Positions 37,918 through 49,774 of a stretch of 64,000 nt of DNA are shown here, piece by piece. Numbering within the stretch: the first letter of the stretch is position 1; every line of letters starts with the position of its first letter. The position numbers were made by a program, and so were the translations under genes. The stretch covers positions 10,106,001-10,170,000 of the forward strand of contig CM060731.1 in the NCBI GenBank assembly GCA_030704615.1, read 5' to 3'. The notes below the pieces were generated by a model. That model did no database searches and had not been told where the DNA came from. It worked only from the letters and a program-made list of their open reading frames with translations. This DNA comes from Takakia lepidozioides (lineage: Eukaryota; Plantae; Bryophyta).

Positions 37918-38292
37918 TAGGAGATCCGTGGGAAATTCCACTGTTTATTCAGTGGAACCCAAACTCTCACTGATGTCTTCCACTATGAGGATAAAAAATG
38001 CTTGGCAGCCTACCTGCACGAGGCCTTCACCCTTAGACAATCGCTAGAACATTAATTGTGGTTTCTGGATTTGTTCCTCTCTCATGTTTTCTTCCATTTT
38101 GTCCCATAAGCTCTATGAGCTTTCCGCGGACGTTATAAAGCACCATTTCATTTCATTTCTTATAAAGTACCATTTCATTTCATTTCTTTCTGCTTCTGGC
38201 TCCGCTCTGTCTTCTATTCTTGCTTTCCTTTTGTCCCATAAGCTCTTTGAGCTTTCGGCGGACGTGATAAAGTTCCATTTCATTTCTTTCTC
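37918..38292 (+). mobile_element. LINE family B 5'-truncated copy followed by further tandem 3' ends
   Basis: 37918-38160 aligns to the reverse complement of ~30640-30890 (EIRGKFHCLFSGTQTLTDVFH...[16 protein letters not shown]). Hairpin and (CATTT)n tail are repeated at 38228-38290. Preceded by a TC-rich tract. Confidence 0.88.
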
Positions 38293-39544
38293 TGTTGCAA
38301 ATACCAAATGTATCGATACATGTGCAGTCCAGGTTTACCCAAATTACGTCTTTCAGGTGTGTAGTTCGTACTTCCATGGGCCATGAATTGATTTATGTTT
38401 CAGTGCCTAGATTCCTTTGTAAACCATCCTCTCAAATCAATTCATCTGCACCAAACTTGCTGCAGTCCCTATACATGATCTTGACCACAGGCTGGCAGGG
38501 ACTTGCTGATACTAGAGAGCTCTCTCTGCCCATCCCTCCCCTCATTCCTGACTCTTCACCTGAGACTGGCAAGCCTGTCCAGCCCATCCAATGCAGCTTC
38601 AGACCCTGGTAAATAATTGTGTCACTTGCACCTCTGCAAATCCATGCATCTTGGTTGAGAAGAACAAGCTGTATTAGGGTGCCTGCGATATGAAGCTTCG
38701 CCAGTACCCTCAGTGGTGGGTTGCAGTTGAGGGGCGATCACTCTCGAGATCAAGAGTATGGTGCCTGGCAATACAATGAAGAAGTAAGTTACAGTAAGTG
38801 TGCAGTGAAAGACAGAGGGAGAGAGACAGGAAGACCCCCAGAAAGGAGGAAGACTTCATGCTCATCAAAGTGTGCATTGAAGATCCCCGTGAAGCTTGAA
38901 AGACACTACGCAACTGACTCAGCTAAACTCTACATGTCCTCATAGCCACTCTTCATAAATTAGAAACCTTGTTGATCAGCACACATGACAATGGGATCAT
39001 CATATCCGGTAGTCTGTCAACGACTGCCACAGAGTAGTTGACGAGGAAAAATATGACATTTGACAAACTTGATTTTTCACATCAGGCAAGCCCCAAAGTT
39101 GACCACAGAGAAAACCACTAAAATACCAGGGTGCTGAGCTTCAAGTCAACTTCTCACAACATTGTATGAACACCTGAAGTTGATCAGCTCAGTCAAGAGA
39201 AATTCCACTTATTGAACTTAAGACAATTTGATGGAAATTTCAGAGTTTGTATGAGATATGTAGCGTCCTTCATTGTCAGGGAAAGAAGTTGGGCAGAGAA
39301 TGGTCCCCCATGAGTACTGTACTATCTTTCAAGTACGTGAAGCCTGACTTCATTTCTGACATCCTTGGTAACTTCCATCTAGTTAATTGGCTGAAGGGAA
39401 ACAGTTTGTCTCGACTAGGTACTGCAGTATAGGCATGGTGATGGTCGTGGGTCCATGCCAACTAGAGAAGATGTCCATGGATGGCTGTGAGGCCTATGGG
39501 TCTCGCCTTTCTTCATAAATTCAAAATTTTGAATACTGGAGGGA

Positions 39545-42500
39545 TCAGGCAGAAACTGTAACTTGGCGACTGCGCCCAGGATTTAGTCGAGCTCGATTGA
39601 AAGCATGCGACGATCCTCCATGAATGTGCTGGGCTATACAAGATCCCCACAATCAAAAAGTGAGTGTCGGAGGTATGCTGAAGCGTTGAAAAGTTTGGGT
39701 ATAACAAACTTGTTGCGAATGTAACAGATTGGAGCTAGATCCCAAAAGTAGGAAGGCACCGACAACGTAAGACTTCAAGGTCAGTGGAAAAGTCCGGGCC
39801 CATCGTTCTGCTTGAAATTCTGCCAACGCATGTTTCACTTCGGAGGAAACTTCCATGATGGGTTGACCTTCTGCTTGGACAGCGAGGGCTTGAGAGAGTG
39901 CACGAACAAGAACGATAGCATCTTCCAGAGCAAGGCAACCGCCCTGCCCGAGGTTTGGCGTAATAGGGTGCAACGCATCACCCGCCAATGTAACTCCACC
40001 CACTGCTTCCCGGGGGATGACAAAAGGAACAGACCAGCGGTCCCTTAACAGGCCACGAGAATGGGAGAGGGGAAGGTGTCATGCGAACAACGTTGATGAA
40101 CACCTCAAATATGTTCAACTGTGATATAATTTAGGTCAGATTAGGGTAATGAACTGCTGGCAAAGTATTCGAAGTCACAAACCAATAAATTTTGGTGGGT
40201 GAAAGGGGCAAAATGCCCGAGAGCACACCCTGCCCAACGATCTGTTGGAAAATAGGATCAAATCCATGTCCATCCTCAAATACTGCCACTCCACGCAACA
40301 CTGCTTGTCCAACTGGACGGGGCTCCGCCAGCCCCAGCCATGCACCAACAACTGAGCGAACTCCATCACAACCGAGTAGAACCTGCATAAATCCACCACA
40401 GATCATTGACCGAACCACGACGAGAATGGACCGAGATCATGGTGCGCATCCGAGGGATCGACTTTGCAGCTCAAATAGAAGCTGGATAATAGTTGACTCA
40501 AGGAATGAGCCTTCCATGGATCACGCCATTTTCATTATACATGTATACGTTAAGTACTACACCCCGTCACCTTCACTTGCTTTTTACACTGCAGTAGTAT
40601 TTATCGGTTGCTAGACTTGTGAGCACCTTTGTTGCAATGATGGTGCCGTCTTCTAGCTCGACTTCGGTCACGGCGCCTGAGCCTTTAGGTTTGCGAATGC
40701 CTGTCACACGTGCATTGAATTGAATCGTGCCCCTCGGTAGTGGCTCAGCAAGCGCCTCCAAGACTACCTTGCGGTCCACTACGCGCACCTCGTGTGGCCT
40801 GTTATAAACGATCTTATTCAAAGGTCCAGTGATGTAAGTTGTCACCCTTGGCCCCTCTTAACATTATATGAATCCTTGTTACATCTCCCTAGCGGAGGTA
40901 TTCAACGTCTACCAAGCCCCAGATCAGCTAGGATAGACTCTGTCAAAGACAGACTACAAACCCACGACCAGACCCACAGAATGCAGAACCATACATTCCG
41001 GTGTCTAGCTACTCGACAGAGCCCAAACCGCGTCTGAAAACAACAGCAGAAGGATTGAACAGGTCTACTCACCCTCCCGGACTTCAGAAAATTGAAACTC
41101 CTTCAGGACTTTACCATCGCTGCTACGAGACCGTACTCTGTACCCAGTTCAAATCCATGATATTTCCTCACTTGATGTGTAAATTAGACTTTTCAAAATC
41201 ATTCAAAACTATCAGGCACGAAGGTTAAGTCAAATTTTCTGTCTATGCAGAGATTCTACTGCAGTCATAGTTTCTACCTCGTTTCTACCTTCAGGAAATT
41301 GACATGCCTTCGGCAGATGTCGATCTTTGTGCATGTAAAACCCCGAAACGTGAACACACTAGTTGGACCTCTATGACACCGATGAGATCTGACAAATCAG
41401 GAAATATTACCCGGCAATAAGGAAATATGGATGTCGAATCTCTTCTCCGACTCCCAAAATATCAAGGGCACGCCACGCGTTTGGAGATAGGGTAAGAGTG
41501 GTGCCAGACGTGCGCAACGATTCTGACTGTTCCAGCACCAATGCGTTCACGCCTACCCTGTTTGACAATGTACCCATATGATGAAGAGAACAAAGAGTCC
41601 CACACAGTCGCATCCATGGATATCTAGGTACCAGATTCGAGGCAGATTCAACTAGTTCGTATTTCGTTCAAGTTGGTGAAAGAAAGTGCTAGATGCACAT
41701 AATAGCATCATCACCAGCGTTGCCTGCTCGTTGTAATCTGTGTCATTATATTTAAGAATCATGCACACGTGTGCACCATTAATCGAATTAATCTCTCTTT
41801 GGCTTGGCGAAGCTTAATGTTTCCACACAGACTCTACACAGCTTTATTACTGTAGGTACTACAATGCCATGAGTGTGCATGCGTTGGAGAAAGAGAGAGA
41901 GAGAGAGAGAGAGCTACGCTTCAGCTGTAGCTCTGCAAGATCATCTGGCATCGACGTCATGAGAATGTAACCAGTTTGGAATGAGAGAGACTTCTAGAGG
42001 AAGTTGAAATATACTGGCCACTAACTTAATGATTTGTCCAAACCAGCTCTACGTAGTCTTGTGCCGGCATTAACCCATTGGTGTTGCCACAGCTAGCTTC
42101 CCCACACCCAGCTTACAGCTCTGGTGATCCCTAGGTCCTCATCATCAAATAATGTGTGATCTCACCACTGTAGTGTACAATTGGAAAACACCCGCATTTT
42201 CATTAGTCCTTAATTGGTAGCCATGCCAGAGAAAGACAGGCCTGTGCAGGCCGAGGGCTATTGCAAGGCCAGCGATTCCAGCCCCCACTATCACAACAGT
42301 CTCTGACTGCGCCGCTGATATCTCACCTCCACCACTTTCTCTTCCCGACTCGACTTTTATTGCATCTCTTGCTATAGTCGACATTCCTTGCGGCATTACA
42401 GTTTTCCCTCTCGCAGGATATGATCCACGTTTCCGCGTGGTCAATTCACTGGTTTGTCTCGGGTCTTTGGCCCATGGGCGCCTTTTTCTGGGCAATATCT

Positions 42501-42627
42501 GGGAAGCACCAATGGACCAAGACCAGGTGGATGCAGAGAGGCAGCGTGATTGGTAAGACTGTCCAAACCGACAGTGGATGTCTGTAGATATAGAGCCGGT
42601 GATCAACAGTGCCGCAGGATTCGACAT
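39545..42627 (-). pseudogene. FAD-dependent monooxygenase (plant MO1/MO2-like, UbiH/zeaxanthin-epoxidase superfamily) pseudogene; exons ~42627-42242, 41557-41411, 41137-41073, 40798-40627, 40382-~40156, ~40110-39545
   Basis: Motifs VVIVGAGIAGLA..LGLHR|VGV..LVLEQSESLR, LLGCDGVRSVV, GVTLAGDALHPITPNLGQGGCLALEDAIVL, FDCG. Lesions: exon 3 is 65 nt between phase-2 sites, frameshifts near 40065 and 39740, a missing segment at ~40110-40155, and a weak GC donor at 42241. Confidence 0.85.
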
Positions 42628-43269
42628 AATTCCAGAAACTCTTGCACAGCCGCACGTCTCCACCAGGCTGTAAGTTTGAATTCCGAGAAGTGAGCTAGCC
42701 AGAGATGAACCCAGACGAGCTCTGATGAGATGGGCACAACTTGAAGTGCAGCAGTGGAAGGAGAAGAAGCACAGACAACAACTGCGTTGCCCATCACCTT
42801 GTATACAGGCAGACTTGGAGTTAGTTAACGTCTAACATAAACCCCCACCAACTTGATTGTTTGAGAAGATAACAGTATCACTCAGGGGTCCTCATCATGT
42901 CTGTGACAATGACAATCCGGGCTACATACTTGTTGGCTCCTCTTTATTCTAAAGAGGAGACCACGCATCAGTGTCAAAAATCACTGAGCCCCTGTTGCGC
43001 CTTGTCACCTCCTCTCCTTTTGCTGTAAACTACCTCCATGATGTGCCTTCTCTAGGTAAGACCTCCCTCATGTAACATCTCTGTTATTGAACAACTTATG
43101 AAAAATATATGGATGAATTAGCAGGTTTAATGATTAGTATGGATGAAAGTATATTCCATTACTTTATTTTATTTTATTTTATTTTTCACAGAACTGAGGA
43201 CCGAGAAGGCCCTGAATCATTAGATTGATAAGCAAGGAAAAAATAACCTTGCGGGAGAGCCATATAGAC

Positions 43270-44038
43270 CAGTGTTGGCCGGGTATGGCATTTAGACATT
43301 CATACCGGACGGTTATTTGCCGGTTATGCATACGTGCATAACCGGAAAGTGCAGCCCGCAGGGACCCGGCTATGGAAGGGAACCGGCAAAGGCCATCGAG
43401 GTTGCTAACCGACTAGAGAACCGGGCATCGTGATTGTAAGGGTGGTACCCGGAGTGAGATCCGGAGCAAGTGTAGATGGCGTAGAGGCGGTTCTAGCTAA
43501 TGCAGGTGCAGGGTCCAAGAGAAATGCTTTCAACTGATTTGATTTCGCCCCCATGCAAGAATGCATGTCTGCTCTCTCACGCCGGCATTGACATCTTTTC
43601 ATTCAATTCTCTCATCCCTCCATTAAGGTTTCTGATCTGTGTTTTGTCTCTTTATTATTACTATTATTTTCTGGTCCTATTGAAATATATATATAAAGAA
43701 GAGGATAAGAGGCATTTTATATGATATGAATGTCCTTATTATCAATTTCTCCTCTCACAGGGCCTAATTTGTGAGCCAGATGTTTCCCTTTTTGAAAAAA
43801 AATAAAAAATAAAACCACTATTGATAACTGTAATATAGGTACCCGGTAGTCTTCCACTTGGATAACCGGCATATTGATAACCGAGACACTTTTCAGGGGG
43901 ACCCTTCTATTGATAACCTGTAACCGACTTAATTTTTGAACCACTATATTATATATAACCGCCTCCATACCACTTTCAATGAATATGCCTTACCCGGACC
44001 CTTCAATATGCCCAAAATGTGATACTCAGCCAACACTG
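43270..44038. mobile_element. Non-autonomous hAT element (769 bp)
   Basis: TIRs CAGTGTTGGCCGGGTAT vs CAGTGTTGGCTGAGTAT (15/17). Perfect 8-bp TSD ATATAGAC at 43262-43269 and 44039-44046. Subterminal (T)AACCG repeats. Confidence 0.92.
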
Positions 44039-44315
44039 ATATAGACCAACAGATGAGAGACACTGCTCAGTAACCAACCAGAGTTAGGGCTTATTGAAGA
44101 AACTAAAAGACTATTCACAAAGAGAACCATATGCGACTAGCCGCTTAGAAATCTCAGGGAAGCAGCTTCATGGTAATATAACGTTGGATGTGAGAGGACT
44201 GAAGTGGCTGCAAGCTTCCTCGTCACTATAGGCCTAAAATATCAGTCATCAGTCATCTGCCAAGGATCGATGAAAGATTGTCACGTTTAGGGGAATTTAA
44301 ACTTACGGTGCTTAA

Positions 44316-45088
44316 CCCCTAAGCGCTTGGAAAACGGCCCAAAAATGGGACCCACTGTCATGAATAACCCCATATCTGCCAGCAAGGTTCATCCAGGGAA
44401 TTGAACTGTACTAATTGAACTGTACTAACTGGTTCTTACCTACTCCACGCAGCTACTAACCAAATTTCAGAAGAAATGACCGTCAATTTAGGGAGATTAT
44501 AACAAATTACCATGGTGGATTTAACAAGTCCAAGCAAATATGGACAGAAAAATCACTTTGACCAAGGAAATTTACCATCACAATTTTTTTTGCTCAATGC
44601 CGGACCAACTCAGACAAATTCCTTGGTGGGTTAGAGGTCTCCTCCTGAAATTGGAGGACCAAATTCCAAAAAAATCTACTAGCTGGTTTGTATGTGCAAT
44701 AAGGGGGGGGCACTTGGCATTGACAGAAAAAATGTTGCATGCATCCTGCACATTGTACCAAATGCACTTTCCTCTGGTGCAATCCTGCAGTAGTTGAATA
44801 GGCATGTGAAATTGATTTTAGAAAAATCCAAAAGCACAAGTGTAGATGGGTGCACACAGTTACTGCCACGTGGCAGGTCAATGGCCCTGGCCATGGATTC
44901 GAGGGCTTAGAAAAATCATGGCGGTCTGAGATTTTATCGGATGGGGGTGCATTAATTCCCTTGTGCGCACAGCTCCACGTCGCGCTCACTTTTCCTTCGG
45001 CGACTTTTTCCATCCAAGTACATCCACGGAAACTATCCGTGGATGAAAACGGCTGCGACCCGATTCGGGTCGCGCCAGCCTTTAGGGG
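44316..45088. mobile_element. Putative non-autonomous piggyBac-like element (773 bp)
   Basis: TTAA at 44312-44315 and 45089-45092. Termini CCCCTAAGCGCTTGG vs (reverse complement) CCCCTAAAGGCTGG. Subterminal palindromes at both ends: imperfect at 44336-44352, perfect GCGACCCGA-T-TCGGGTCGC at 45055-45073. No transposase ORF. Confidence 0.7.
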
Positions 45089-45321
45089 TTAAGAAAACAT
45101 ACGGGCTGCCTGAAATACAAAGTGGTCCATGTAAAAGCACAAAGTAACCATAGAAAGCTAACAAATATGACATATATTCATTGGCTATGGAGCTTAAGTT
45201 GCATATTCAATTACCGAAGGTTCGCCTTCAAATATAGCACTTTCAAGTAGCAAGATCGACAAAAATGAATGGACAATGCCTTACATCTAGACACCTCGGT
45301 TGCCTAAGGTGCGTTTATAAT

Positions 45322-45830
45322 CAGTGTTGTACCGGTATATAGGGTATTGCCTAGTATGTGCACAGGTATATGCACTGTATTAGATACCAGACCAGTCTGG
45401 TATCATTTGGGAGAATACTTGGTCATATACGAGGACCAGGCTGGTATCAATTTTTCCATACCAGCCACAATACCAGTATGACTCCGCCGACGTCTTCCTC
45501 ATTTACTCTGGTATGTGTACTATATTACTTTATGTGTACATATGTGTATATATTTATACTTATATATATTTATTTCTTTATTGCATTGTATTTTTTTCAC
45601 TTGATACTTGCTATTTGATAAAACTTGTTTTTCAATGATGGCTTTGGAATGATACCAGAATTGATATCTCATACCAGCTGGTATTGTGGTCATGATACTC
45701 ATACTCATACCAATATCTGGAAAAAAATACATCTATTATTATATAGACCAAACTGGTATGAAAGTTTTGCGATACGTCTGGTACCATGACCAGTCCGGTA
45801 TGTCCTAAAACTGATACCAGTACAACACTC
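45322..45830. mobile_element. Second hAT-like MITE (509 bp), older
   Basis: TIRs CAGTGTTGTACCGGTAT vs GAGTGTTGTACTGGTAT (15/17). Many ATACCAG/CTGGTAT subterminal repeats. TSD not clearly preserved. Confidence 0.75.
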
Positions 45831-45845
45831 GTTAGTGATAATAAC

Positions 45846-46020
45846 CAAGGTATCGAGTTTCGTCAGCGAAATAATGAGTTTTGCCAACGAAATCTTGGGT
45901 TTCGTTGGCGAAATGTCCAAGTACCGCTGCGTAGGTCATTATCTTATGGTTCCATGGGCGAAACAAAATGTGTTGTGTTTATAAGAGACGACGTGAGATT
46001 GTTTTATTTCGCTAACGAAT
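45846..46020. mobile_element. Possible one-ended DNA-transposon remnant
   Basis: Starts CAAGGT and carries repeated palindromic TTTCGNNNNCGAAAT motifs typical of TE subtermini. No matching other end found. Confidence 0.4.
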
Positions 46021-46810
46021 TGTTATGTGCTTGTGCAAACAGAAAAATAAACCAGGGAAATAGGGTGCCTGTCCATATTCATGACTCATTTTGTGCTTAT
46101 TTCTAGTTTCGCTATCGCATCTTTTCAAGAATATTCTAGGAATTTCTGGTATATCCTCTTCTGCTCACATGAGCAGGCTCATGCTTCTGCTCACATGCTA
46201 CCCAACCTCCTTTACTATATGAACTAAGCCAAGCCAATGGCATCTTGACTAAAAGAATCCACTTTCCGGACAACCTCGTCGGTCAGATTGAAAAAAAAAA
46301 CCCCACTTCATTGGACTTTCGAGTATTGGTGAGAATCCAACCGATGACTTATGAATCCAGCTAACAACTGAATCTTGTAGCCCCTAGTAAATGTCATGTT
46401 TCATTCAACTTAAGAGCTATCATACTTAAACATTAATCACCATGTTTAATGTGTCTAAAACCTGTTTAATGTAGCCAAGCCTACAACGACATGGTACTAA
46501 CCCTCGTTATACTGCGCTAACACATAGACTAATTTGAGACTCATGTTAATTCTAGAATGTTATGCAAACCTACGCGTGATGATTGCAAATGGATGATCAT
46601 TTTCCCCTATATAACGAGTTTAAGCAAGGGTATTGTGCACCTAAGCATTGCGCTACAACACACATCCTTGTTTAATCACACTTCCTAGCACACAATCCAA
46701 GAAGGCTATGCCACAATGATAAAGAAATGAGAAAAGTGAAAGATACTGAAAACACTCCAACCAAGAAAGCAATTACACTAAGAACAAACTCTAGTCCTTC
46801 CAAGTGAAAA

Positions 46811-47033
46811 TCCCCTCTATTATATGAACTAAGCCAAGCCACTAAAATAATCAACCTTACAAAGACCTCAATAGTTGACTCTTTCTCAATACATAGAGCT
46901 ATGGAGGTGAGAATGACTCATGGAGGTTCAACTACAAGAAGCTGATAAATGACCGTCAATATTGGGGGTCACTCTTTTGTAAAAATAAAAAAGAACAACG
47001 TCCGCCAATAGTGGCGGTCGCTTCCGTCCCTAG
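46811..47033 (+). mobile_element. Miniature non-autonomous Helitron (223 bp)
   Basis: A|TC start at 46810/46811. GC-rich hairpin CCGCCA-ATAG-TGGCGG at 47002-47017, 12-nt spacer, then CTAG|T at 47030-47034. No TSD. The 5' end is repeated at 46206-46236. Confidence 0.72.
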
Positions 47034-48385
47034 TGAGGCTTTGACACCTCAATTGACATATGATACCAATGCAATCCCAACACATACAATACAAATATAA
47101 ATACCCAAAATATCTTAGTTAACTGAAAGTAACTAATTCTAATTAACCATGATTAAAACCTTGACAAATGTTCTTTTGGTTGTCAATAAGGAGCTTGATG
47201 TAATTTGGGATAATTTCGTCATTAGGCATTGTTATGACAATTTTGGGAATGTCATTTTTTTTCAACTTTGAGGCAATTGTAACATTGTTGTACCCTAGTT
47301 GTTACCTTTGGTTATCCATGCACATCTGATCCGGATCCAACACTGTTACACAACTTAAATAAAAATTGAAGACATGTACCAATATATCTCTATGATCCAG
47401 GCAATAATAACTCATGGAGCCCAAAGCTTTCTATTCATGTGTCCCATTGCTAGGAACCATAGGAAGATATAGACATTAATTGTGGCGCTAAGAATGCGGA
47501 TTGAAAAAAAGAGTTCTTCCTGTAGCCTTCAACTTCCTTTCAATTCAAACAAGAAAGCTAGAAGAAAACCCTCTACATTTGGAGTGACAGGAATGTTGTT
47601 GAGTTCGATAGAGCCACCTAGATGAGTATTGATGTTGCAGCCTTTTGCCTTGAGGACAGGGGTCGGACACAAGAAGAGTTGTCCTTGTGGTGGGGGTAGC
47701 GGCAGTGGGAGTGGGGCCGGCTGGCTGAACGACCTTTGAGTGCCTAAGGACTAAAGAGGGTAGAAGCACTCACTAATTAGTAGAACCCTGTCACCCGGCT
47801 ACGGTGGGGGCTCCGAGTCATGGGGTGATCTTAGTATAGGGAATCATAGTGGGGGTGGCATAGGATTGACCGCGAGGTTGAGGCCTTTGTGGTGGGAGTC
47901 GTGGGGAGTCTTGGGACTCACTACGACTTATTAGAGGGACTCAGAGTCGAGGGTCCACCTTGTGGGCATGAATGTGTTGTTTGTGAGACTCCCGCCGGCT
48001 GACAGTCACAGAAGTATACATAAGGAGTAGTAACCCCGACAACGGTGCAAGCCCGTTAAGCGACCAAAAGCTAGTGAATCAAACGAATGAGCCAAAAAGC
48101 GACCACCTATTGAATGGAGGTCTGGTCTTGTGTCTTCCCAGGATTCAAAAGGGATCAAGCTGTTCCGTTTTACTGCAGGAGACCGAATGATTGAGATGTA
48201 TTTTATTTTATCTCATCTTGAAGATGGTAGAGTGGATGGACTCAGGTTTGATTGAAGGTATCACCATTGCATTCCCATTGCGAAAATGGTTGTGTTTTTA
48301 TCCACAAAAAAACTCTTGACTAAGATTCTAAATAGCCCAAATGCATGACCAAACATTAAGTCAGCTAATAGTTTCTAATTACAAA

Positions 48386-48436
48386 TTTTTTTTTTTTTTT
48401 GAAAAGGGGAGGAAGCTCTTTGGAGCTTTATTGAAT
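48386..48436 (-). mobile_element. Possible poly(A)-tailed retroposon 3' end
   Basis: Minus strand ATTCAATAAAG...CCCCTTTTC followed by A15. No TSD identified. Confidence 0.35.
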
Positions 48437-49774
48437 GTTATTTGAAGGGAAAACTATTCCTATTGGTATACCTAGGTATAGAAATTCAAAAACATATCTA
48501 CTTGGGCCTGCGGATAAACCACTTTAAATCCACCGAATATTGGTTTGATGTTTGATAGTGATGTGGGCCTCAATGTATATGGTTAGAGGAAGACTCCTGC
48601 CCAAACAAGCCTAACTTATGGTGTCACTTCACCCCCCAAGGGACCCTGCCTTCCATTTGGAAGGTGTTTGTAAGGTGAACATGTTTGTATACCTAGTGAC
48701 ATTATGGGCATCTCCATCAGTTGGGGAGGGAATACTTCAGGCCGGTAGGCGGTTGGTCAGTTTTGCAAATTCAAGATGGGCGTTCTAGGGTTTACATCCT
48801 TGTGGAATCTGTAGGGAGACCTGTAGTAAGTTACTGCACTGCCAGTTTTATAAGTGCATCAGTCCTATCGTCCTATCGATCCCTTGTAAGTGTCTGTGAC
48901 AGATGAACTTGACTGAAGCTGGGAGTACTGCACGACGACCGTTCAGGTTGATTAGGTGTAAAAGCTTCAGCAAGACTGATGCAAGTTTAAATGGCGGTCT
49001 GGAAATCAGACTCACTCAGTTGGTACTTAGCATTTTGGCGGTTTACAGTTCTGCAGCTTACAGTTATGCAACTTGTAAGGACTTTATGATAGTTTTGCTT
49101 CAAGTTGGTCCTCGAAAGCTTGCCATTGTATTTGTGGATTCATACACTGACATTTTCTGAGGTCTTTGAGAAGCAAACACTTAATGCAGATGCGTATGGA
49201 TTGGATGAATGATTCTAAAACTATTCCAAGGGATGGGTCGTAAAACTGACCATTTTCCTCAGTCTCAGATAGTTATGAAACCTAATCTGCAGGCATCCCA
49301 AGCCTTGAATTCTATTAATAATCATAAACGTAAGGATTCTGAGCTCACGACGTGCCTAGTACCGGTCCTTAAATGAGTCACTGCCACTCATGTTTGACTG
49401 GACTGCGCCCCATTACTGGGCTGCTCACGCAGGACAAACAGCATTTGGTCAATTCCAATTTCCAGACTTTACATGCTGGAAAGCAAGTGGAATCTAGACT
49501 TGAATAGTTGAATCTCACGTGGGAGTGTGCTTGATCACAAGTAAATGCGACAATCTTAGAGCCTTACTAACGCTTCTCCTGTATGGTTGCAATTCCTTGA
49601 GTTAGGGCTTGAAGGAGCTGAGGGTAGTAGGGCTATCATGTCCTTGTGATGAAAAGAATGTCCTTGGTATGTCCTTCCTCCATGTCATGAAGAGATCGAA
49701 GGGACAGTCAACAACAAGTGCAACACACTCAAGAGGGCCTTTTTTGCTCAGGTAGCTGGAGATTGTGTACCTAC

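Noticed and set aside
11948-38292. Recurring ~45-bp repeats that could be mistaken for a CRISPR-like array
   Set aside because: They are LINE 3' termini at irregular spacing, attached to RT-derived coding sequence, in a eukaryotic genome.
47350-48000. GC-richer stretch possibly derived from a retroelement ORF1/gag
   Set aside because: Multiple stops and no diagnostic motif.
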